Assembly: GCA_010405405.1 (NCBI GenBank)
Contig: MU004234.1
Coordinates: 354,993 to 418,992 of the forward strand
Direction of reading: 5' to 3'
DNA length: 64,000 bases
DNA from: Microthyrium microscopicum
Lineage: Eukaryota
The notes beneath the pieces were generated by a model. That model saw only the letters and a list, made by a program, of their open reading frames with translations, ran no database searches and had not been told where the DNA came from. Both the position numbers and the translations under genes were made by a program. This document shows positions 10,664-21,483 of this stretch, piece after piece. Positions within the stretch are counted from its first letter, which is position 1. Every line of letters begins with the position of its first letter.

Positions 10664-11893
10664 ATGGCCAGTTCGAACCGAATCCTCATAATCGGTGGTG
10701 GAATAGGAGGTCTGGGATTAGCTCAAGGGCTTCTCAAAACCAACATTCCATTCCGCGTCTTTGAGCGGGAGTCGGCACTAAACTTTCGACCTCAAGGCTA
10801 TCGAGTTCGGATCGGACCTGATGGACAAGAGGCTCTTCAATCCCTCCTAGCACCTGCTCTCTACGCCCGGCTAGTCAATAGTCTTCCACCGAATGCACCA
10901 GGCTTTGCTCCAGCCGCTCATCTGGACGCGCTGACGGGTGAAGCTCAAGCAAAACCTGGTAGTGGACCACCTCCGTCTGGTCTACCTGGAGCTCAGAACA
11001 CTGAACAATTGAACGCGGACCGTGGTGTACTGCGTCAAGTTTTGATGCAAGGACTGGAAAATCATGTCGAATTTGGTAAGGACTTCAAAGACTATGCAAT
11101 TACACCAAGAGGAGTGATAGCACGCTTCAGTGATGGAAGCGAGGAAGAAGGTGCTTTACTTGTGGCAGCGGATGGCATAAGATCGCGGATACGAAAACAG
11201 TTTCTACCGTCATTCAGCCTCATGGACACAGAAACACGAATTATCTACGGCAAAACAAGTTTGACTTTGGACCTGGAAAATACATTGAACGCTAGCGCTT
11301 TGAACGGACTGGTATTAGTGAAAGATGCATCTCAAGAACATGCGCTAGCTTTATTACTCGAGACAATGCGTTTCAAGGACAATGAATATCGGAAGGATGC
11401 CCCAGAGGACTACATTTACTGGGCTCTCATGGCGAGAAAAGAGCGTTTCCTAGCAAGCACCACAGAGGAGGAGATACTCAAGCTATCGTCCGACCAGGCT
11501 GCCGAATTAGCTCGAACGATTACTGCGACATGGGACGAATCTTTTCGGCCGCTTTTCTCGGCTCAAAGTATTGCTCACACATCGATTTTGCGCGTTCTGT
11601 CGATAAAGCCGGAAATAGCAGTCTGGAACTCTTCGCCTTACGTCACATTGATTGGAGATGCTATTCATCCAATGTCACCAACAGCAGCAGCTGGCGCAAC
11701 GACCGCACTCCGTGATGCTGCAGCTCTAGTGAGATGTCTAAGCGAGCATGACATCAATGTAGAGGCGGCCGGTGAGTATGAGCAGCAGATGAGGAAGTAC
11801 GCTGGAGAAACGGTGGCGAAGAGCGGATGGGGAGGAAAACTGCTTTACGGTCAATGGTCCTTCGATGACATGGAAGAGGTGGAAGAAGATTGA
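10664..11893 (+). CDS. FAD-dependent monooxygenase (group A flavoprotein hydroxylase)
   Basis: IIGGGIGG Rossmann motif, RPQGYR, LLVAADGIRS (DG motif) and VTLIGDAIHPMSP (GD motif); 409 aa, intronless. Confidence 0.92.
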   Translation: MASSNRILIIGGGIGGLGLAQGLLKTNIPFRVFERESALNFRPQGYRVRIGPDGQEALQSLLAPALYARLVNSLPPNAPGFAPAAHLDALTGEAQAKPGSGPPPSGLPGAQNTEQLNADRGVLRQVLMQGLENHVEFGKDFKDYAITPRGVIARFSDGSEEEGALLVAADGIRSRIRKQFLPSFSLMDTETRIIYGKTSLTLDLENTLNASALNGLVLVKDASQEHALALLLETMRFKDNEYRKDAPEDYIYWALMARKERFLASTTEEEILKLSSDQAAELARTITATWDESFRPLFSAQSIAHTSILRVLSIKPEIAVWNSSPYVTLIGDAIHPMSPTAAAGATTALRDAAALVRCLSEHDINVEAAGEYEQQMRKYAGETVAKSGWGGKLLYGQWSFDDMEEVEED

Positions 11894-12161
11894 GACGAGA
11901 TATGATATGTGCTCTGATATGTGGCCTATAAGATACCCTCTCCGCTTTTGTTTATATAGATATCAAATCCACTCTTGTACGTCCATGTATATCTTGATAT
12001 ATCCTGCGATACCATTAAAGCAACGCAGAATACTTTTCGACGACCTTCCCTGCTTACGACCTTCCATATCGACCATCTCTGGCGATCGTCTGATCTCCAA
12101 CCCAAATCAAGTTCATTGGCGCGAGTACTGACAGAGTCCCATGCCTCTGCTGCGCTGACGA

Positions 12162-13428
12162 CTATGCCGTAGAATCTTTCCTGGGCTCCACAGTCCTGTC
12201 CTCAGCAGTATTGTCCGTCTCCTCAATATGGTCTTCACCTTTTTTGACAGCCACAGTATCTTTAGCCATTCTCTCGTACGTTACTATCCACCTTCCAATG
12301 ATTCGGACCTCAAGCCAGTTGTCCCTACCAAAGCAGCTCCGGAATACACGAGGCTCATGATGCTGCCTCGTAAACGTCTTTGAAACAGCAAATTGGTTCC
12401 ACGGCTCCTCATTCGCCGCCCAGTAATCAAACGAGAGATCTTCTGGAAAGGGGCATTTTTCTTTATCCAAGTCGTCCAAGTTTCTAACAATCGCAAACTG
12501 AAGCTTATCAATACGGCTGCCTTCCAAATTGCCAGCAAAGAAGCGTGCACAATCTTGATAAGTCTCAGACCGCAGTTTGAAGCGTTGAGTTTCAGTAAAA
12601 CGGTCGATTTGCACGTCGAACGGTATGATGAGCTGCACGCAGCGCACAAACGGCAGTCTACTCAACATCAATTGTCCTACGGGTAGCGTATTTTTATCTA
12701 CAGCTTGTTAGCACAAAATCTTGCTTGAAGGCTAAGCTAATGCGTCTGAGAAAACCCAATTCTCTTTTCGTGGTGAAACCGCGAAACACCCATCGCATTC
12801 GGTGGAAACCACAACACGCGATCAAAGACGCATGCTATGGTGGCCATCGATTGTGATAGAGAAAGCGTGTGTATGTGGGCTTATCGGATGTCATCCGACG
12901 ATGTTCGATTTCACGTTGGAAATCCTTACTTCTGGTCCAGGTGATATCTGTGATCGAAGGTACTTCTCCGTTGCAGGTGTCTCCTTGGTAGCTCCAGCTC
13001 ATGGCTTCGAAAGCAAGTGCGTCGAAAGTTACTGTGCGAATCATATTGCAGAGCTTGGCTGGTAAGGCCCGAACGATATCCCCGATCAGGCGGTTATCTG
13101 AACCAACCAACTGAAAAGTGTATGTGGAGTATAGTCGACGGAGAACTGCTACTGATTCCGCTTGAACTTGCTTGCTGACGCCTTGGACCGGGTGTTTTAT
13201 AGAGCAATTTGTGGGTGTCAGACGCAGACTGCTGGCGATATCTTCAATAACTCGGAAAGGCCGGCCCATCCATTCAATTTTGATGTGTGTGGATGGAGGG
13301 AAATCTGGCTTGAGAGTTTCGCACAGTATCATATCTCTCAGCTCCTGCGGGAGACGCAGAAATGGATCAAAAGTACGGGCGCCGTCGTTGTTAAACATGA
13401 CTTTTTTTACGTCTCTGATTCTGGCCAT
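12162..13428 (-). CDS. F-box-like domain protein (4th, more distant), possibly disrupted
   Basis: MARIRD..FDPFLRLPQELRDMILCETL..VSKQVQAESVAVLRRLY; TAG at 12835-12837. A downstream exon-like ORF (12162 to ~12698) follows a CTAAC..TAG acceptor, but no clean donor was found, so the structure is uncertain. Confidence 0.5.
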
Positions 13429-14016
13429 ATCTATTTCTTGAATGGTGCGCTGAAGCCTTTGTGAACGAGTTTGAAAGCATGAGAAAGCTTTGTATAAGAT
13501 TGGAGGAAGTTCCCCACCAAGTACGGTAAAACTTAAGGTGGTTGCCAAGTTGCTGCTTCTTAATGGTACAGCCTTGCCTATTATAGGAAAGAATTGATGG
13601 GAGGCTAACGGATAATAGTTGTGCTTAGAATACCAAACCATGTTTTCCAACCCAACTCCCACGCATCTGGAACCAAGATTTTGCTCTCATCATCCAAATA
13701 CGTACAAACAATGCAGGATTAGAGTCTCGTAAGCAGAGAACTATGTCGATGCCAACTAAGTTCTTGAGCTACGATCTGAAGAGAGTGAGATCGTTAGAAT
13801 TCTCTGACGTTTGTTGAGTATTGGAGTCTGCAACATTCACTTCATAGTTGTCTCGACACTCAAATTGCGAAAGAGTATTCTTACAGTTGTATCAAGCAAT
13901 CCAAAATCATACCAATTTCACGTTTGAGAATCGTTGAATGCCCGCTGTCACAATCAGATACACCGCGAGACACATATAAACCGGAACAGTGGCCAGATAT
14001 GTGGCGCCTTTGCGCT

Positions 14017-16460
14017 TCATTCAGCTCTGACGAGATTCCGCCTTCGTAGTTCGCCACCATGCTCGTTTAACTGACAGGTTACCTCTTTATCAGTCTTCAT
14101 ATCAGTTCCTTCTAGCATCCTTGCTACCTCCGTATTATTGGAGACTTGAGCGACTGCTTGCCACGCATTACCCAAATAACTCTTCTTAGTGTTTCTGACA
14201 AATTCAACAGCTACGAACATACATATGAGCACGTGTGCACATATGATGCAGAAAACAGCTACAAGACCTCGCTGATTTAAAGGCATTAGTGCAGATTCAC
14301 TATACGTCAGTGAAGCCGATGTAGGATAATTCGTAAACTGGAGAGGATCATAGTATGCCATGCCCAGGAGAACTGTAAGAACCGCTTGTAACGCTTTTGC
14401 TGGAGAATCGGTGTCATTAAGGGTATCGTTAAAGATGCCAAGGACCGCGTCATTGGGATCAGCAACAGTGTAACTTCTGCCCGACGAGAAAGCAATGGCT
14501 GGAGTCCAGTAATTATCCCCAAGAGTGGCCGGCCATCGCATATTGGGGTTGAGCTCGGGAATTTCATCCACGCCTTTGAGACTGGATAAGTTGAACGATT
14601 GGAAGAATTCGCGACGTTGGGCAAGGTCTTTGAGAAGCGCTTTGCCTTCTAGTTGCAAGATTCCTCTGGTGTCGAGGTCAAGTGGTTGTTTGGTCACACC
14701 GAGTTGCCTCCTGATGTTCCCTGTGTAAAGCGAACCATTGGACATGGGGGTAACGCCTGGCTCGAGTCTAGACTTTGGGCTGGACATGCTGATGTTGAAA
14801 TCTTGGATGGTGTACATATCAGCTGGTCTGTTACAATAATCAGCATGGCCGTCAATCGAGTAGACGTAGCGCGTACTTACGGAGGAAGGGCATCAAAGCA
14901 CAGCGATGTTCTAAAAACACGCTGTATGCAATGGCTGGAACAGTTGTTCTTGGTAAGATCTTCCCAACATGTGGAACAGTCAAAGTTCTTGGTCACATTA
15001 CGGATGGTGACAGCACTCCATGGTCCTGTTGAGGGTTCCCATTTGATGACCGCTCCTGGGCTTCGTGGCGGCTCTATAATGAGATGCATGTTGCCGGTAT
15101 TCACAGGAAAGGCGTCACCTTGCTTCACGAGTGGTAAAGTAGTGGCCGTTTCGTTGTAGAATGGATCCAGTGCAGAGACGAGGCCATCAATCATCCAAAT
15201 GCTACTACCGTTTTGCAACGGCAGGACGTCTGTGGTGTAACCTTTCAGCACACAGAGTGTCTTGGACCACTTTGGGGACGAGGCTATATTGCAAGTAAAA
15301 TTGGTAGGCCGAACAGAGTAGGAAGATGTAAAGGAGGTGCCGAGTTCCAGAAATTCATCGGTAACATTGCCACGCACTGGCTTGACAGACTTTTGCTTTC
15401 CAGGGATTGAGTCAGAATACATCAACTGTCCAGATAATGAACTCGCATTGAAACTTAGTGTCGTGAAGTTAGGCTGTACGCAGACTACTCGAGTATCAAA
15501 TACGGCGGCAGCACCCGTATATTCGAGTATGTTTTGCCGTTCTGTAACATCACTCAAGGGCAGAAACGATCGAAGCGATACACCTGTGTCGTCAACAGCA
15601 TCACTAGAGTTTCCAGGTTCGCTATACTCGGCGAAGGTAGCAAATTGCTTGGGATAATGGCTCCAGTAGTTAGGTGGTAAAGGATTATCTTCTATGATAT
15701 CGTCGATATCCATGCCGGCAACTGTCATGCTTGACGACGCCAACCCAACTTGTTGTGAACTAGAAAAGCCAGTTACAGAACCCTGACTGAAGTCCGAAAG
15801 CAATAGAGTAGAGCTGAATTGTGACGCGATAGTAGTGGTGAGCAGTAAAATCAACAGTAGCCGAAGACGACGGCTGAGAAATGCTTTGTCAGTAAATGTT
15901 GAAATCCAGAGGGTGTCCGGCCCAGTATTAGCATAACGAGCGATAGAAACTTGCGGAAAGATATGAAGTGGGACGCCGCGTCGTTCGATAGCAATAGCTG
16001 CTATCATGGAGGTTGCTAGAGTTGCTAGACTTGATATGGCCAACCTAATGAGTATGGCAGACAACGTGACAGCCTGTTTAGACCAGCCTTTAATCATTAT
16101 TCGACGCCAGTTGGAGTTTGATCTGCCCCCGTACCTTCGCAACTCTGTTAGTGAAAACGTTAATGGATTCGTAGCGTCTTACCATATCCAGGATAGGAAG
16201 CCCAGCGCAAAGATGAGGACAATAGCGGAGAGTACCACTACGATGAGAGACCAGACACCGATACGTTTGATTAATGGCGCCTCTCTACGGTGCCCCTGTG
16301 GCTCGTTCTTTGCTTTCTGGCTAATAACCGGCTCCTCAACTTCTAAATTCCTCGCGTCCATTAGCAGTCTAGTTTGCGTAGAGCCAGCTTCATCGTCCGT
16401 GGTAGCTTCCATCGATGGATGATTCGATTCCATTTCGTAGTCGAGATGTTGAGTGTTCAT
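14017..16460 (-). CDS. Conserved-type hypothetical multi-pass membrane protein (3 exons)
   Basis: Three consecutive ORFs joined by introns (16182-16135 and ~14879-14825); N- and C-terminal hydrophobic segments; motifs SQFSSTLLLSDF, FATFAEYSEP, DTG..LRSFLP, VFDTRVVCVQP and LGNAWQAVAQV. Confidence 0.75.
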
Positions 16461-17310
16461 GTTTTAGTCGATGAGCTGATTTGAAATGAGTAGGCCCACA
16501 TGACCTCGCTGAAATATCTAAGATCTTGCAGGCCTCCTCATTGTTGAGTTTTATCGCACAGAATAAACGTTGGGGAGGCTGTGTTGTTTCGAACGTATTC
16601 GCAGGATGGGCTGAGCCACGTTCTATTGATGAACAAGCTCTGGGGCTGCATAGCATAAGGGACTGCATGGGACGATACGAGTTATTCTTTGCCAGTGAAA
16701 GTGTAGATGACTTTCAACAATAGAAATGGAAAACCGAAGAACTAGGCTGAGCTGCGATCACTCCTCACAATCAGCACATACAACCAGTCGAACGTTCCGG
16801 CAGAACAATGGCGCAATTCCATCGAGTGTGCTCTTTGCCATCGTAGCATGCCATGAATAAATGCTGCTTGAGTTCCCAGCGCATTCGATGGGGGTAGGTG
16901 ATTTGCAAATTAGATACATTATTGGGCAGCTAATGACAAAGCAGTACAAAAGTCTGCGACAGGTTAGTAATTTGTTGAAGCACACTCCTCTCGGTGAGCG
17001 AACAAAGTTCAAGGATCTGCGAACCGGTCAGCCTGATGAACAAATAAAGCCTGTAAGCACAAAATTCGGAAAATCTTGACTACATTGTAACACTGCGATC
17101 GATGCGATCCTGATACAATTTTTAGCAAACATGGTAACAGAGACATATATAGCCACCCCTTTCCGCGGCAAGAGAAACCTCTACCAAGCGTTATCGAAAT
17201 CAGCAAAAACAAAACAGCAACAATCATGACGCCCAGGATATTCTCCTAGTCCCTATGAATACCCACCCACAACGCCATAATACAATGTATTGTCAAAAAG
17301 GCATCGCGTC

Positions 17311-19071
17311 TCATGCCCAGTTTCCTTGGCTTAACGATAATAAGCTCTGCACACAGTCCAGATCATCACCGCTAGACGTGCTGGTACGCGTTTCGCCCAT
17401 GAATGCAGAGACTTCTTCGTCAACGTGGATTTCGGGTGGTGTGTTGTTCTTGTTGCGGCTGCCCTTTCCAGTACGTTCGCGGGCCATCATATTTCCCAAG
17501 CTGGATGATGTGCTCATGACAGTCGTATTTTCGCCCAGAATCTTCTTCTTGCCACCCTGAGCAGGTGGTCGATTGCCTGCACGGTACGTACTGGGTTCCC
17601 AGTTTTCCTTATCTGATTCGGGATTGAGGTGGTCAAAGTCTTCCTCAGTGGTGGCGCCGGGCTTCTTACCAGGTTTGTTACCAGGTTTAGTGGGTCGAGT
17701 TTGCGATTTAGAAGAGACAAAGCCGTGATGGGTGGAAGCACGGCGGAGGGGTTGACGTGGTTTGGCAAGACCTTTGAACTGACTTTGGGAATTGATGGGT
17801 GAGTTGAGTTTGTTTGCGTTTTGGCGAAGGACTCGGTCGCGATCTCGCTCGGCTTTGAGCAGACTGATGGCTTCGGTGGCGGATCCACTTCTTTCTAATT
17901 CTGCTCGCTTCTTCAACGAGTTCTGAGCCTCTACATCACACAAATTTTCCCATCGGCGAGAGTCACGAGAGCTTCCTGGTGGCAAGGTTCGTGGTTGTTT
18001 GCGGGCGGGTTCCTGTACTTGTGGTGGTCGTGATCCTAGTCCAGCGACACTATAGCTACGACGAAGACTTCCTGTCTTTGCTTTTTCGGGAGAAGGTGAC
18101 TTGATTGATCGGTCGATGATTTTAGCCTGGCCATCATCGGTTGTTGATAGTCGAAGGTCATGGTTCGATGGGAAGGGATTTGATGTGGTAACGGATGTAG
18201 TTGATGATAAAGTGCGTTCCAAGGACAGTGTTGACTGGTATTCCTCTTCAGCCTTGAATGAGTTGATGCGTCGGTTTGCAATGTATCCCGATGTGGTCGA
18301 TTGCTGTGATAATTGAATGATGGATTCTTGAGAGTACGCCACTTCGGTGGGTTGAGTAAGAATAGTTTCGGGCACGGTGGCAGTTGATGATAATGGGGCT
18401 TTGCTAGTTTCTGATCCTGATTGAGTTTCCTCTTTGCCAGCAGTTGTTGATATCGATTTCTCGACAGATTCTGACTTTTCAGTAGACTCTATGGTGGTCT
18501 CCTCTTCCACTGGCTGTTCCGAATCCTTGGAGGCAGATAGTTGTGGTGACGATGGCATGTCAGAGCCATCACTTGGGTCAGAAGATGGTACAGTAATGCC
18601 CTCTTGCCTCATTTTCCGTCTCGAATTCTGTCGACGATTCTGGAACCAGATCTGAACCTCTTTATCACCCAATGACACGCGGCTAACAATATCTTTTCTC
18701 GCGGTCTTGTCAGGTCGTGGATTCTTGTCAAACTCTTCCTCCAATATTTTCTGATCTTCCGGACTGTATTAATCATTAGATACTATAGACGTATAATAAC
18801 AATTGTGGAACAATTCTTGAGACAAGATCCGCGTGAAAACCGACGCGTTACGCGTGAAAAACAAGCAAAAACCGACAATTGAGAAAATTACATACCTGGT
18901 TCGACGTCTCCGCTGGCGAGCGAGTGATTTATCGTCGACCTCGGGAGGTAGATTCTCAGTCATGGTGTTCACCGAGTGGACCAGAAAGGCGACTTTGCCT
19001 GGCGGCGTGGTGGACGGTCCATTGGCAGATGATGTATTTTCAGTCTCGGGAGAGACTGAAAACGAGGACAT
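17311..19071 (-). CDS. yox1: Homeobox transcription factor, Yox1-like
   Basis: Exon 1 ends RQRRRRT; intron 18895-18764; exon 2 SPEDQKILEEEFDKNPRPDK...VQIWFQNRRQNSRRK homeodomain; C-terminal DDLDCVQSLLSLSQGNW. Confidence 0.8.
18829..18860. promoter_or_regulatory. Cluster of MCB-like elements in the yox1-like intron
   Basis: CCGCGTGAAAA at 18829; ACGCGT at 18843-18848 and 18850-18855. Confidence 0.5.
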
Positions 19072-19762
19072 TGATCAGTAGAGACAGAATTGAGAGTACC
19101 AGGAGTATGATAGGGAAGGGAGAAGGGTTAGAGATTGAAGGCGGGGAGCGGTGGGAGAAATGGGAGTAGAGCTTTAGGAGCTTGAAGAAGATGCAGATGC
19201 GGGCGCCGGAACAGGTATGCGTGGATGGCGTGTGGGCGCGTCGTGGTAGACGTGATGTTAGGTTCTGTGCGCGCGCAGCCTTGCAAAATCACCAATTATT
19301 CGCGCTGCGGGAATATGCAATTACGGGAGCGAAAAAATTGCGAAAAAAGACAAAGTCTTTGGGATTGTGATGATGGAGTCGATATTAGAATAGAATTAAA
19401 TTGAGACTAGAAACAAGATGTTTTCCATGTCGTTTCAAATGGAGACTCGAGATTGAGGTTCGGAAAACATGACGCCAGATAGCCGCGCGTCCACGTGACC
19501 AAGTCGGACTTAGCAAGCGCTCTGCCTTTATCGCCGTCCAGTTTTCTTACTTCCATTCAGAACCATCCTCTTCGCCGTTGATATCCTCTGCATACTTCTC
19601 CTTCACTGCCCTTCAAAATCCTTGATATCGCAGACAGCGCCGTGCTATCCAGCAATCCTTCTTTCACTGAAGCATCGTATCCTTCTCTTTCCATCTCATC
19701 CGCACACGCTACCAGCCATACCGCATCAGACCCCTTGCTCAAAACCTCAAAACCTCACCATA

Positions 19763-21046
19763 ATGTCACGAACAGCCAGCGCCCCAGATGAAGCCAGTGA
19801 GCCCATCCTCTCCCTAGCCCACATCTCCCTCAACTCCCGTCCGCACTCCCTCCCTCCCGCACTCCCCTACTAACCCAGCACCCCAGTCCCCGACCCCATG
19901 GACGAAGAATGTCCAATCTGCCACTCAAAGCGCTACCTCCGCCGAGACATGACCTTCCTCCTCAACCCCACCTGCTACCACAAAATGTGCTCCTCATGCG
20001 TCGAACGCCTCTTCGCCTCCGGCCCCGCCCCCTGCCCCGTCGCCGGCTGTTCCAAAGTCCTGCGACGCGCGCGTTTCCGCATACCTACTTTCGCAGATCT
20101 CCGAATGGAGCGCGAAATCGATATACGGCGCGAAGTTGCTTCCGTATTCAACCGACGGGCCGACGATTTTGAGAGTTTGCGGGGGTATAATGACTATTTG
20201 AATGATGTGGAGGATATCACATATGTGTTGATTGAGGGGAAAGGTGGCAAGGAGGAGAAGGAGGCGCGGAAGAAGTTGGAGGGGTATAGGGTTGCTAATG
20301 AGGGGAGTATTAAGGAAAATCGCAAACTTGAAGAGGCGGAGAGGCAGCGGAGTGCGAAGTTGGCGTTGGCGGAGCGCGCGCGCATTAATCAGGCTGAACA
20401 TGCGGCGCTCGCGGCAGCGGAGGCTGAACGGAGGGAAAAAGAGTTGGCGCGGGCGGGCATAATTAATGCGCTGGCGGCGGGTGGGGACGCGATGGGGATT
20501 GTTAGGGAGGGGGCGAGGGCGTTGAATAGACGGCCTGGTGCGAGGGCGAATACGGTGGATGTTTTTAATGAGGATGCTATGGATACGGGATTCACGATTG
20601 CTGGGCTGCGCAAACCGGGCGTTAAAGCTGCTCCTGAAGCGCCTTATGATCCTTTCAGGGGTTATCCGGAGGACACTGGTTACGAAGGAATCATGGGATA
20701 CGCATTCATGGGCGACGCAGGAGCCCAAGGGTTCGCAGGAGCCCAGGGCCTCACGGGGAATATGGACTATGTCACAATGCCCGACACATCCAGAGACTCC
20801 GACGGACGAATAGATGGAAAAGTGCTATGGGACGACTGGCTCTGGAAGCTCAAGAAAGAGACAGCATTCTCAGTCGGCGGGTACAAAGTCGAAGAGTTTT
20901 ATAAGCGGGCGCTGGTGGAAGCTTTCAGTGGATTGGGCGTGTTTGTTGGTGAGGAGAAGGAGAAGAAGGATAGTAAGAGACGGAAGAAGACTGAGCCTGT
21001 GAAGACCGAGGAGCAGGGGAATGTTGCTGTCAAGGTTGAAGGATGA
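19763..21046 (+). CDS. TFB3: TFIIH/CAK assembly factor MAT1 (RING finger)
   Basis: CPIC..RYL..LLNPTCYHKMCSSCVERLF..CPVAGC RING; F.DL.MEREIDIRR; YNDYLNDVEDI. Short first exon 19763-19796 and intron 19797-19886 splice in frame. Confidence 0.93.
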
Positions 21047-21483
21047 ATTGAAGTGCTCGTTCATCGTCTATAGAATTGACTGCGGGCATTAAAGGCTTGG
21101 ATTGAATCGTGGGCGTGCTATATGATTCAATATAATGCAGAAAAGAAGATATAACATCACGATCATCATAGACGTCAGAGGCTGGAATCATTATTACGGC
21201 TTCATACTGATAACTATATCTTATTGAACCATTAGGTACTGCTCTAAGGTGGAGATGTGAATTTGATTGTATCTGACGCGACCAATATTATAAAACATTC
21301 AGCGACAAGCAGTACAAAAATGACTCCTTCTCACCCGCGCTGCGACTGCGCAGCAAGCATAGTCCCATTTCAGTTCCCAATGGTGAATAGGGTCAAGAGT
21401 CCACAACATTCAATCATAAAAAGTCAATGCCATCAATAAAAGCAATCCAACTCCGTAGCATGCATCGGGTGGTCCTTAGCACC

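Noticed and set aside
12835..12837. TAG corrected by A-to-I editing in the fourth F-box-like gene
   Set aside because: Readthrough gives no convincing splice donor to the downstream exon; a frameshift or decay explains it equally well.
10664..16460. Secondary-metabolite gene cluster around the monooxygenase
   Set aside because: No PKS, NRPS, terpene synthase, transporter or cluster regulator in the window.
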